Source: Chiloscyllium plagiosum (Eukaryota). Taken from it: a stretch of DNA of 64,000 nt. Location of the stretch: contig NC_057719.1 in NCBI RefSeq assembly GCF_004010195.1, positions 12,625,969-12,689,968 of the forward strand, read 5' to 3'. The position numbers and the translations under genes were made by a program. Position 1 is the stretch's first letter; every line of letters begins with the position of its first letter. This document shows positions 50,050 to 62,679 of this stretch, piece after piece. The notes under the pieces are model-generated. The model was not told where the DNA came from, ran no database searches, and was given only the letters and a program-made list of their open reading frames with translations.

Positions 50050-51191
50050 TTTTTCTTACATTCAGAAGTGTTCTTACATACAACTGAATGCTTTTTCTAC
50101 CCCATCACCAAATCATTGACTTTTTTTGTTTTTAACCATTAACTGCCACCAGTAAATCACACATGTAACTAATTGGATACTTACATGCAAAGCTGCCTGT
50201 TAAGGGCAAGAACAGGTAGTTTATTTTGAATTTTTCTTTCCTTTTAAATCCAGAGGTGCTCTTACACACAACTGAATGCTTTTCTCCCAACATCAAATCC
50301 TCATTACTTTTTTTAAAAACTATTAACAGTCAGCAGAAACTCACCTGTGTCGCCAATTGGATATTTACAATCAAAGCCCATTACAGGCAATGCATTGGAT
50401 TTTTTTGTTTAAAATCAATCTGTTCAAGGATATTCTTACACATCTCTGGAGTCAGTGTGATTTGAACCCAGGCCTTTTGACTCAGGGGTTGTATCACTAC
50501 CACTGTGCCACAGGAGCCTGGGTCTGTTTTGTCTATTTAATATCTATAAGTGCTCTTATGCACAGCTGAATGACTTTGCAGCCACTAAATCACCATGACT
50601 TTTTTTTTTAAAAAGAACCATTAACCACTTAAATCCAAATTCCACCATCTGCCATGTTGGAATTCAAACCTGGGACCTAGAACATTACCTGAGACTCCAG
50701 ATTAACAGTTCAGTGATTATATTACTGAGCCATCACCTTCCTACGGGAAAGTTTTATAGATTTTATTTTAGAAACAAATTGCTCAGAGATATTATGACAC
50801 ACCTCTGGGGCAGGTCAGACTTGAACCTGGGTGTCCTGGTCCAGACATAGGGACACTACCCCTGAATCACAAGAGCCCTTTGGGGGTCTGTTTTAGATGT
50901 TTCCTAATTACCTTGCTCAGTAATGATATTACACACTTATAAAACAGGTGGGATTTGAACCTGGACCTCCTGGTTCGGAGTTAGGCACATTACCGTGTGT
51001 GACACGAGCCCCCTTAGGGGTCTGTTCTTTTTTAAATTTTTTTCCTTTTAAATCCAGAAGTGTTCTCACACATGACTGTGTGACTTTCCTCCCAAAGTCA
51101 CTGTTACTTTTTTTTGTAAACTAAGCACCGCCACTAACCACTTTTGTAGCCAATTAAATATTTATATGCAAAGCCCACTAAGGGCAATGCA
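50050..51191 (-). repeat. Modular array of diverged A-type (~150 nt) and tRNA-like B-type (~105 nt) units
   Basis: A units start near 50066, 50253, 50548 (partial) and 51057. B units start near 50428, 50787 and 50924. Confidence 0.75.
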
Positions 51192-51559
51192 AACCATCAA
51201 AAGTAGGGTGGAGGTAGGGAGAGAGGGAAAAGACTAAATCAAAATAAAGCACCATATCTTTATGGTGCTCAAGGCATCCACATAGACTCTGTTTTATCAA
51301 GGGCTCAGGTGAGGAGTTTATCTGGGCAGGCCATTGCCTGTTACCAAGGAAATTCATACTCAATGAGCTCACAAGGAGATTAGTTAGCAATTCCCCATGG
51401 GCCTTGTAGGCATTATCACGCAGCCACCAACTCTACAAAGGGCTTCATTGAGTTGGCCAAGGCTTTTCGCTCAGTTAGTTGGAAAGTACTGTGGATGACC
51501 CTGTCAAAGGCTGGCTGTTGAGTGAAATTTATCGACATCCTCCCATCTCCTCCACAACA

Positions 51560-52760
51560 AGGCGGTCAGTGACGGTCTTCACTGGTAATATGCTGAATCC
51601 TTAATGTCAACACAGAGGTCAAACATGGATGTGCATTGCCCCACTCTTTTCTCCAATTCATCGCCACCATTCTTCATTTTGTCAAGAACAAGCTTTTCAG
51701 TAGTGTGGACATACAGAATGGATGAAAAACTTCAACTGGTTGAAATCCAGAAAGAAAATTACACAGACTGCAGTGTGCGGATGACAATGTCATCTCGGTG
51801 CTCTCAGTAGAGAATCTTAAAGTCTTGCTTAATGCTTTCATGGAAGGATACCAAAGAATTGGTTCAGGCTCAACTATAACCTCAAGAAGCTCAAATCCTT
51901 GACCAAATTGTTCCAGGTCAAGTTCCAGTCCATTCCTTCATTCAGATCAACGGAGAAATCTTCCCATGCGTCATGCATTTCCATCATTTGGGAAGCTACT
52001 TCTTAATGTTGACATTGATTTGGAAATTCAACTTCACATTCAATCTGCAAGTACTGCTTTTGGATGCCTGTGGTTGAGAGTTTTCAAATAACATGACATC
52101 CACGCTGAATAAGGTACTCATCCTTTCATCTCTTGTATATGATTCCAAAACCTGGGGGCTATATATAGATACCACCTCAAGACCCTTGAAAAAACCCATC
52201 ACTACCGTTTAAGACAGATTGTACACGAACTGGAAGAAAGAAATATTAACATCAGTGTCCTTGAAGCAGCTATTGGCATCAGCATTGAAGCAGAGATTCT
52301 CCAAAACCAATTCTGCTGGTCCAGACACTTGCTTCGGGATGCCTAAGTTCTGACTACCAAAGCAAATCTTCTTTGCTCAGTTCAAGGAAAACATTCAAAC
52401 AAGAGGAGAAAAGAAAGTGTTTCAAAGACTCCCTGAAGGCTTCTGTCATGAAATCCAACATAGATGTCAACATATGGGAGACCCTCATTCAGAAGAAACC
52501 AACCTGTAGAAAACTGCGGTATGATGGGAAACAATTCCTTGAGAACGTCCGTTGGCAAGAGGAAGAGTGGAATATGAACAAAGAGAGAATGCCAACAATT
52601 TCGAGGCTAAGGAATGCTTCCACCTCCTGAAAAACCTGCCAAATGTGTGGTTGGAGTTGCAGCTGTATGATTGGCTCATCAGCCATGCAATGACCCACAG
52701 AGCCCATGACCAGAGTCGCAGAATTTCTTAGGTGGATAGTCATACTCCTCAACGAGTCCT
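51560..52760 (+). mobile_element. RTE-clade LINE fossil (RT to 3' end)
   Basis: Remnants of VKQGCVIAPTLF (ggtcaaacatggatgtgcattgccccactctttt), LLYGSETW-like (cttgtatatgattccaaaacctgg) and LPKQIFF...RKCFKDSLK. Confidence 0.75.
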
Positions 52761-52769
52761 TTCCGCCAT

Positions 52770-53515
52770 CAATGACTGCAGGGATCAGTGCTTGGGTCTC
52801 AGCAGTTCACAATCTATACCAACTGATTGGATTTGAATAATTTAAAAGTGGGGGCCAATTGTAATATTTCCAAGCTTGCAGATATTTCAAACCTTGGTGG
52901 AATTGAGAGTTGTGAAGAGAATGCAAAGAATCTTCAAGGGGATTTGGACAGGGTGAGATAATGCAAGAGCATGGCAGATAGAATAGAATGTGGATAAATG
53001 AGGTTATCCACTTTGTTAGGAGGAACAGAAGTGCAATGTCTTTCTTAAAGGTGAGAGATTGGAAAGTGTTGATGTCCAAAGTGACCTAGGTATCCTTGTT
53101 CACAAGTCACTGAAAGTAATTCAGAAGGCAAACCCTATGAAGGCCTTTATCCCAAGACAATTTGAGCACAGGAGTGAAGAAGTCTTGCTTCAACTTAATT
53201 TAATGTTAGTGAGACTGGGCCTGGAAAGGATGTATTTGGGAGGACGTGGAGTGCAGAAGAGGTTTTCCAAGACATTCCTCGGGTGATGGGACTTTCCAAT
53301 CAGGAGAGGTATAGATGACTGGGCCTGTATTCTGTGGAATCTAAAAGAAGAGACATAATTTCATAGAAATCTGCATAGTTTTTAAAGGGTGCACAATAGA
53401 TGCAGAAAGAATGTTTCCCCGATGGGATCTAACATCAGGGCATGCACTCTGAATAAAACACAAGCCATTTAGAACAATGACGAGGAGAAATTTCTTCATC
53501 CATAGAATGGTTGGA
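52770..53515 (+). mobile_element. Decayed CR1 RT/3' fragment
   Basis: gggatcagtgcttgggtctcag (QGSVLG-like) and ORF 53059-53286. Confidence 0.8.
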
Positions 53516-53861
53516 CTGAGGGTCAGTCCTTGGTTGCAGTGTAAGGAAAACTTGTTGGAAATGTCAAGTGAAAGGTAGCAAAATCAGGACAGATATGGTT
53601 GAGAAACTGGGAGAAATAAATGGAGTTCTAACAAGAAGCACGGGGAAAGGGAAACATAGTGAGGAAGCTGCAGAGTTGGTGAACCTGTCAGCTTGAAATG
53701 AATATTATTAGACAGAAGTGGAGACAAAGAAATCAAGGAAGGGAGGGAAAGAGTTGGGAGATGGACACGTAAGGGTATCGTTCCACAGACCTCGTTTTTA
53801 GGCTCCTAGCTTGTGTGTTGTATATATTAATGGTTTGTGCTTAAATGAGAGACAATTCATG

Positions 53862-54209
53862 ACTAGAATCATACAATCCCTGCAGTGCGGAAATAGACTA
53901 TTCAGCCCATTAAATCCACAGCAACCCTCCAAAGAACATCCTCCGAGACCAACCCCTCTACTGTATCCTATAAACTTGCATTTCCCATCCTAACTGACCT
54001 AGCCTGCATGCCCTGGATCATGGCCAATCCAACTAACCTGCACATCTTTGGACTGTCGGAGAAAACTAGAGAACCTGGAGGAAACCCACTCAGACATGGG
54101 GAGAATGTGCAAACTCCACACAGACAGTCAGTCGTCTGAGGGTGAAATTGAGCCAGGTTCCCTGGCACAATGAGGCAGTGGTGCTAACTGTTGAGCCATT
54201 CTGCCAGCC
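53862..54209 (-). mobile_element. HE1-type SINE
   Basis: Core and head match the other copies. Confidence 0.85.
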
Positions 54210-57094
54210 CTCAGACATTGAAGCAAACCAGGTTCAAATGTAACAAGATCTGGATCATATCCAGGCTTGGACTGATAAGTGGCAAGAAACATTCACACCA
54301 CACATTACCAGGCAACGACCATCTCCAATAAGAGACAATCTCAGCACCACCCCTTGACATTCAGTGGTCACCATTGAATCCCTCACAATCAAAATCCTTG
54401 GGGTTACCATTGGCCAGAAGCCACTGGACTGTCAACATAAATACAGCAGCTACAAGAGCTGGTCAGAGGCTAGGAAAAGTGCAGTCAGTAACTCAACTCC
54501 TGCCTCTCAATACCTGTCCACCATCTAAAAGGCAGAAGTGAAGAGTGTAATGGAATGCTACCCACTTACCTGGGTGGGTGCACCTCCAACAACATTCAAG
54601 AAGCTTAACACCATCGAACACAAAGAGCGTATGTGTTACCAACACTGATTAGCAGTGGTGCATACTATTACAAGATGCACTGCAGAAATTCACTAAAGAT
54701 CCTTAGACAGACTATCAAACCCACAACCACTTCCACCTAGAAGGACAAGGGCAGTAGATACATGGGAACACTACTACTTGGATAAAGGGAGTTGTGAGTT
54801 GAGGCCTGAGTAGGACTGGAACAAGAAATGTTCCACACACATCCCACAAAATGAAAGGCAAAAATAGGCCCAATGTTGGTACCCATCTTTTATTTGTAGG
54901 AAGTGAGCAAAGTTAACTTGTCTTCTTTGATGAGGTGGTGAAATACTTCACATTCCTGCTTATGATTGATGGCAACATTTGAACATCCATTAAATATATG
55001 TTAAATATCTATTAATAAATAGAAAATCAACTGAATTTCTCAATAAATGAGTTTCCTAGTAGTTTCCATTAATTTAAAAAGGTAAACATATTAACCTGTA
55101 AACTATCCGAATCATTATAATCAACCCTGGATAATCTTTGTTCTTTATGCATTTTCATACATGAAGTGTAGTAATTATACCTTCAGTTAGGTTGGCGCCA
55201 TCTTAAAGCTATATGCCCTTTGAATGAGTATTGGTTCTTGACTTAAGCCTGTGAAGTGAGCAGTGTAGGAGCTTTTAATGATATGAAAACTAGCCATTGA
55301 CAAGCCAACTCATTTCACGTTTCAGTGTTCACCACATTCTGCCTATATTTAGCTTTATGCTTATGGGTTACTTCTCCAGATTAAATGAGGCAACAGCAAC
55401 AGTGGGGAAAATCCACTCTTGGCACATTTTAATTCTTTAACACTTCCGTTTGTCCCTATCTTTGCTTCTTTAGCCAGCTATTAGAAGTGCAAAATTAGTC
55501 TGATGAGTGTGTCAATTTATTTTTTCTTCTTCTTTACTCATTACCCTAGCTGTAAGCTTCAAGTCTGAATGGTCTATCGTAACATGACTGAGAATGAGAT
55601 CAAATGCTTACTGAAAGGAGTGTGTTTATTTGGAAGCAGAAGTGAAGCACCATCTCTTTACTCCTCAGGCAACGCACATTAGCACTGCATTGCTTTGGTG
55701 CCACAATGCTACTTAATATAGAGTGTTTAAGGTATTAATTGAAATTTATAGATTAATTTGCTCCCTGGCACTTTTATGTAATCAAAATAGGGCAATATTC
55801 ATGAAGTAGGGAAATATTTTCTCTCCATATTGAAGTACATGGCTTCCAATCTGCTTTTCCTTGGGAATTTGTAGATATTATTAATTAAACTGTTCAAATG
55901 TGTGATGACATACTTCTGGAGCAGTTAAACTGGAATCTGGATTTTCAGTCTCAGAGGTAGGAACACCAATACCAGTGTGCTGCAAGAGCTGCTACCCCAG
56001 AAATCTATATGTTGATGACGTGTCCAAGTTTATGACTCCCATTTCTTTGTATATCAAGCTAATATTCCAGGAACTATTTTCAATCTAATAAATCTGCTCA
56101 AAGGTAGTAGAATTTAATTTTTGTAAACATAAGATTATTAACAATAACTTTTTCTGAACTATTGTATTTATATCTGAGCTGAATATTTGCATCTGTTTAA
56201 CCATTGGTAAATTGTACTTAAGTACCAGTCCAGCATCTTGTTGACGTTATTCTCATCAAGCCTCCAATTTGTGGAGCTTAAATACATTTCAGTGTTCATT
56301 ATTAAATCCAATGTTAGCATCATTCCTTCTAATGATGAGATGAGCTGTCTATCTGATGCTGTAAAATAACAGCTGGCTTGATGACAAGAAGCTTAGTAGC
56401 TGTTTAATTTCCTGTTGATTAAAATGTTTAATTGATGATATGCGAATTTGCATCACTGCTGTACAAGATAATACTGGATCCCATTAATCCTGCCGTTTTC
56501 ATGAGAAATAGAACTGCAGTGCCCCTGCAAAATATTGTAATTACGACTTACTTAAAACTTTCCCTCTAAATTGTAAGGAAATTGCCTAGTAGTTTCTCAT
56601 TAGGTACATGGAAATTCTTGAATTCTTCAGATAAAGTAATGGATGGTTGATATTCATGTCCTTTATAGCCCCCCACAAGACTGACCCATCGTGCCTTGAA
56701 ATTATGTCTAATTATGTGCACCTTGCACTTCTGACAGTAAACCTCTGTTCCTACTCTCCATTACTGTACATCTGCTAGCTGATCTAACATGTCGCTTCTT
56801 TCAACTGGTATCATATATTTACCACTGGCAACTTTCCTTCAGTCATTATTTGCCATGGTAGCTCCATCCTTTGCAAATTCTACTTACAGTTTCTTAAATT
56901 GGTTAATTCTTTCTCTCTGAATGCCTTCTTTTTTTCTACTGCTTTCAAAGGGTTCTTAGAACTCTTAATATATAATGAGTGCTGCGTAAATACAACTCAT
57001 ATCGTTGGCATAACATTACATTACCAGGGCCCAGATTCTGACATTTTAAAAAAGCAATTTTTTAATAAGTTACATGTTTACAGATGGCTGACTT

Positions 57095-57780
57095 ATAGAG
57101 TCCCTGAGTCATACAACACTGAAACAAATCCTTTGGTCCAACTCATCATGCTGACCAGTTTTCCTAAACTAGCTACTCCCATTTGCCTGCATTTGGCCCA
57201 TATCCCTCTAAACTTTTTCCGTCCATGTACCTAACCAAATGTCTTCTAAAAGTTGTAATTGTACCACGTCTCCTTGCAGCTCACTGCATGTGTGCAACAG
57301 CCTCTATGTGAAAAGATCCCTTTTTAATCTTTTCCTCTCATCTTAAATGTAAATATACTGAGTATTTGGAACTGAAAAGTTAGTGGAAATAGAGTCCTGA
57401 AGTATTTTGAAGACAGAGGTAAATAGATTCTTGCTAAACCAGAAGGGTGAAAGGTTATCAGAAGTCAGCTGGAATGTGGATTGGACAGATCAGACATGAT
57501 CTTAGTAAATGGTGGAGGAGGCTCAAAGTGCTAAAAGGCGTACTTCTACTATTAGTTTGTATGGTTGTAAGGTAGCAACACAGCATCCTGACTTAGAACT
57601 TTACCACCGTTCCATCACTGTTACTGGATTGAAATTTTGGATCTGTCTTCCTAACAGCACTGAGGGTGTACCCACACCAAATGGACTGCAGTGGTTCAGG
57701 AAGTTGGTTCAGCACTTCTCCAGTGCAATTAGCAGTGATGAACAAATGCTGGCCTTATGAGCAATGCTTGCACACCATGA
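57095..57780. mobile_element. Cluster of short CR1-type 3' fragments on both strands
   Basis: atttggcccatatccctctaaac (minus), gacagaggtaaatagattcttg (plus), and old-family tail ccacaccaaatggactgcagtggttcagg. Confidence 0.7.
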
Positions 57781-58769
57781 AAGAATAATTAAATAAAAGG
57801 TTAGTTCCTGCTCAACCCCTTTCCCCAGAACACTCATGGGAAATTCCTCTGCCATTTCCAAATGCTGAATTAATTAAAGTTCCACAAGTATTCAAGATTA
57901 ATTAGCTAGTTGAATTACCTCTACTAGCATACCTTCTAACAGCTCTTTCTGACAGCAACATTTTCTGTATGTTTTAAATATGATACTATCATACAATGAC
58001 CAATTTAAAGATCATAGACGGCAGCAAATGCCAGTAGCCTTATCAGATGATACCTGCAAATTCTAATACCTGCAATGGAAATTTTCTCAGGTTTTCCCCA
58101 TATCAGAACTTGTTGAGAAAATAAGTGAAACCCCGAGAGCCATCCCTATTTAGGTATCTCTAAGTCATAGGTTGTCATAAAATATTATTGAACAATTCAC
58201 ATAACTCTGAGGATAGAATTGAATTCCTGAAAATAAAATGCAGCAAGTACATAGCTTGAACTTGGACCTTTGACTACAGCCTGTTCTGTATACCGCAGTC
58301 CCCATCAGTCCAACTCTCTAATCCACACCAACTACTGCAATTCTTCACCCACTAACCTAACTTCCAACTTAACATCCTTACCAGAAGCGTGAGTCCCTAA
58401 CATTTGTTTCATCCCTAATATAAGATACTGTGTCCTCACTTTCTCTTGCACTGTCCTCTAAGCTCCACCACAATCCCAGTCAATCACTAGATGCTGTCCC
58501 ATTACTCTTCATCCAGGTTCTGAGCTGGCAGGCTTCGGTCTTCAGAAGTTGTTGTGACTAAAAGCTGATTGCTGGTGTGAACAGGAACTATGTTACGATT
58601 AAGTGCTTTGAATGCTTGAAAAAAAATCTTTGACAAAGGTACTTATGAATTTTTAAGCTCTCAGCAAGGAGCAATGGAAGTATCGTGGTATGTCATGGCC
58701 TGCTGTGGGAAGGTGGGAAGACTTCAAGGTAAGTATGTGGGAAATAGACGGACATAATAGTGTTAGAAG

Positions 58770-59190
58770 CAATTCAGAGAAAGGTCACTCGCCTCATTCC
58801 TGAAAATGGTTGAATAGGTTGGCCCTGTATCTAGTGGAGTTTGGAAAAATAAGAAGTGATCCTGAAACACCTAAAATCATGAAACGAATTGATAAGGTAG
58901 ATGCGGAAAGGAAATTTTTCCTTGTGGGAGAGGATAGAACTAGGGGACACAGCTTAAAAGTAACAGCACTTAAGGCAGAATTTTTTTTTCCTGCCTGAGT
59001 TGTTGGTCCATAGAAATTTCTTCCTTAGAATGTTGGGAAGCAATGAATATTTTGAAGGTAGATTCTTGATTGACAAGGAAGTCAAATGGTGTAAGGAGTA
59101 GATAGGAAAGTGAAGCTAAGATCACAGTCAGTTCACCCATGATCTTATCCAGTGGCAGACAAGGCTTCACAAGTGGATGGCCTTTACTAC
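58770..59190 (+). mobile_element. Decayed CR1 3' fragment
   Basis: ORF 58810-58998 (RTRGHSLK). Confidence 0.75.
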
Positions 59191-59945
59191 CTGGTTCTGT
59201 GGAAGGGTCACTTGACCAGAAACGTTGACTGATTTCTCTCCACAGATGCTGCCAGACCTGCTGAGCTTTTCCAGCAAATTCTGTTTTTGTTTGGGCCTTC
59301 TCTTACTCTCATTTTCACACACCTCACCAATTTATGAAAAATGTATTCTCACAAGCTTTAAGTAAGGCATTTAAGCAAATATTTATCTGTTAAATGGAAG
59401 TTTTTTCCTACAAAGATTAAGCCATGAGTGATTGCTTAGCTTGTCCTAAGTAAAGCAACATCATAACAGTGTTGGGAAACTGTTGACTCCTGACTGTCTG
59501 AAGAGGGATCTAAAAAGGAGAGAGATATTTTATCAATAGGTATGCTGTGGAGATAATCATGGTTGATAAAGGAAAACTGTGAGACCATTCACTGAAACAA
59601 AGGAATTACAAGTCAGCATCCACTTAAATAAATTAAATTTACTTCTTGATATGGCCTAGTGGAATGTTTTATCTTATATTATTACACAGGTTAATTTTCA
59701 TGGATTGAATGAACGAAGTCTGCTCTTAATAGCTATTCTGTGCATGCCATTGATGTGAAATTAATGGCTTTTATCAAGCCTCTTTTCATCAAGTTTGCAC
59801 TCCGTGTTCCTTTATTGAGATGGGCAGAAACATGCAAAAGAGGTGAGTTTTCAGTCCATATCACATGAGGATGTTAATGTCATAGTCTCAGCAAGAATAT
59901 GTCAAAGAGGTATAGGTGAGTATGCATGAACTCCCATAAGAGGTC

Positions 59946-60149
59946 AAAGTTAAAAATCACACAACACCAGGTTATAGTCCAACAGGTTTAATTGGAAGCA
60001 CTAGCTTTTGGAGCGCTGCTTCTTCATCAGGTGGTTGTGCAGTGCTCCGAAAGCCAGTGCTTCCAACTAAACCTGTTGGACTATAACCCGGTGTTGTGTG
60101 ATTTTTAAACTTTGTACACCCCAGTCCAACACCGGCATCTCCAAATCAT
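59946..60149. mobile_element. PLE-derived element with inverted duplication (hairpin 59946-60113)
   Basis: Arms of about 74 nt are near reverse complements; same family as 15519-15653; gaggtca repeated in the flanks. Confidence 0.85.
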
Positions 60150-60495
60150 AGGGAGGTCAGGCAGCCTATGAGGAGCCTCTGAGGCCACATAACCAGCAAG
60201 GATCAGCACTGGACCTGAATTCGTAATATCGGTTTAAACTTCATGAACAGATGTAGATTAAATTTGTGATTTTTATCTTCTTAATCACATGTGCCTTCCT
60301 CAGATCAGCTGAAACCCTCACTAAGGCCTTTGTTGTCTCCAGACCTGACTGTTCCAGTGCATTTCAAGCTTGTGTCCCACATTTTACTTGTGTAAATTTG
60401 ATCTGTTGAAACTCTGCTGCCCTAACTTATCAAAAATCTTATTACCCATCACTTATGCTCAATGACACACATTGGCTCATAATTAAACAATTCCA

Positions 60496-60810
60496 GAATC
60501 CTGACAGCGTGGAAGCAGGCCATCAGCCCATCATGTCCACACCGAAGAGCATCCCACTAGACCTACCCTCCTTCCCTTTCTCCGTAAACCTGCATTCTCA
60601 CTGGCTAATCCACCTAAACTACACATCCATCGTCACTATTGGCAATTTAACATGGCTAATCCACCTGACCTGCATATCTTTGGACTGTGGGAGGAATTTG
60701 GAGCACCTGAGGAAACCCACGCAGACATAGGGAAAATGTGCAAATGCCAAGGGTGGAATCAAGCTCTGATCCCTAGCACTAGGAGGCAACAGTGCTAACC
60801 ACTGAGCCAT
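60496..60810 (-). mobile_element. HE1-type SINE inserted in an L2-like fragment (~60280-60960, +)
   Basis: SINE core and head; host text gaaaccctcact..gcctttgttgtctccagacctgact is L2-like. Confidence 0.8.
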
Positions 60811-61049
60811 TATCTTGCTGTTAGAATCTACATTCTTTGAAATCCCTCTGTGGCCTTGTCTTTAGCCATCTCTGTAACCTCTAAACTACTTAACCTTCTG
60901 AGGTAGTTGCTGTCTTCCACTTCTAGTCTTTTGCATATCCCAGATTTTAATTACTTCATTGATATAGGCTTTAAGTTTTTCTCTCCACCTCTCTTTCAGC
61001 GTCAACTTATATTTACGTACCACTTCCTCAGTAATAAAGCATTCCAACA

Positions 61050-61950
61050 CACAGCATTACAAAACAAAATATGACACTGGGCCATGTAAGGATATATTGG
61101 ATCAGAAGATAGAATGCTTGATGAAAGAGGCAGCTTTTAATGAGTTTCTTAAAGGAGGATAGTGAAGTAGAGCAGTGAAGAAGTTAGAAAGGGAATTCTA
61201 AATCCTGGGATTGGGTCTTAGACATTTTGCAGCATTACCATCAATCCAAATTAGAGGTGCTGAAAAGGTCAGAATTGCATAGCACAGAGATTTTGACTGG
61301 TTGTGGAGAAAATTACAGAGATTGGATGGGGCAAGTCCATGGAGAAATTAGAAATGAGGATGGGAATTTTAAAATTAATCCATTGCTTGACCAAGAGCAA
61401 ACACAGGGGTGATAGGTGAATGTATCTTGCTATGAATGAAAGCACTGGCAACAGAGATGTGGACAATCTAAAGTTATTGGAGGATATAATATGGGAGGCT
61501 AGGCAGGGGTCCATTGTGACCCCAATCAAGTCTAGTCTTAACAAAACATGAATGAGTGCTTCAACGGCAATTAACATGAGATCAGGACAAAGTTGGATGA
61601 CTTTGAAAGTTGAAATAGGCAGACTTAGTGATGGTGCAAACATATGGTTCAAAGTTCATCTCAGGAATAAGTATAACTTCAAAATTTCAAACCGACTATT
61701 GCCAAAGAGAGGGATGAAGTCATCAGCAAGGGAACAGATTTGAAGCCAGGTCCAAAAATAGTGACTAATATTTAGGGGAGGAAATTTCTGCTCATCCTTT
61801 GCTGGATGATTGGATATTATTTATCAGCAGTGGAGGAGATGAGAGACATCGTGGTGAAGTATGATGAGTGTAGTGAGTGTACATGTGAAAATTAATATTG
61901 TGTTTTCAGATAATATCCTCAAATAACAACATGTAGATGAGAAATAAGAG
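61050..61950 (-). mobile_element. L2-clade LINE fossil
   Basis: Reverse-strand ALIHVLLRLD and QWINFKIPIL remnants in ORF 61269-61652. Confidence 0.65.
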
Positions 61951-62679
61951 AGATCTCCTTTTCAGGAGTTCCCCATCCCTTGATTCCATGTGAGATCAAA
62001 AATCTCTACTTTTTTTTTAAATTCATTCATGGGATAAAGGTGTCGCTGGCAAGGCAACATTTATTGCCCCAAGGGCAGTCAAGAGTCACCCATATTGCTG
62101 TGGTTCTAGAGTCACATGTAGGCCAGATCAGTTAAGGATGGCAGTTTCCTTCCCTAAAGGACATTTGCAAACCAGATGGTTTTTTCTGACAAGCAGTGGA
62201 TTCATGGTCATCATTAGATTCTTAATTTCAGATATTTTATTGAGTTCAAATCCCGCCATAGCAGGTGGTCGAATTCGAATCCAGATCCCCAGAACTTTAT
62301 CTGGGTCTCTGGATAAACAGTCCAGCAATACATCACTAGGCCAATGCCTCCCCCCTATCGATTCCAGCCTTTAATATATTCATAATGACTTACTGGATAG
62401 AACATTGTAAACATTTACAACCCTCTGAGTGGAAAGGTTTCTCTTCATGTCAGTCCTAAATCTTTGCCCATTATATTTGCTAACCTGAGGAGACAACCTC
62501 TCAGTGCCTACCTTATCAAGCCCATGTGAATACTTTATGTTTCAAATAGATCACCCTTTATTCTTCTAAACTCCAGAATATATAGGGCCAATTTAGTAAA
62601 TCTGTCAAAGTACAACCCTCTTACCTCAAGAAATGATCTTCATCTTGGATTGTTTACTCAGGGACATATTATGGTGAAA

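Noticed and set aside
57826..57873. Possible LIN52 last exon (reads ...QNTHGKFLCHFQMLN*, resembling TRGKFL)
   Set aside because: Only 5 of 6 residues match. SREM and NILEK are missing, and the adjacent AG in phase 1 yields an immediate TAA. Likely chance.
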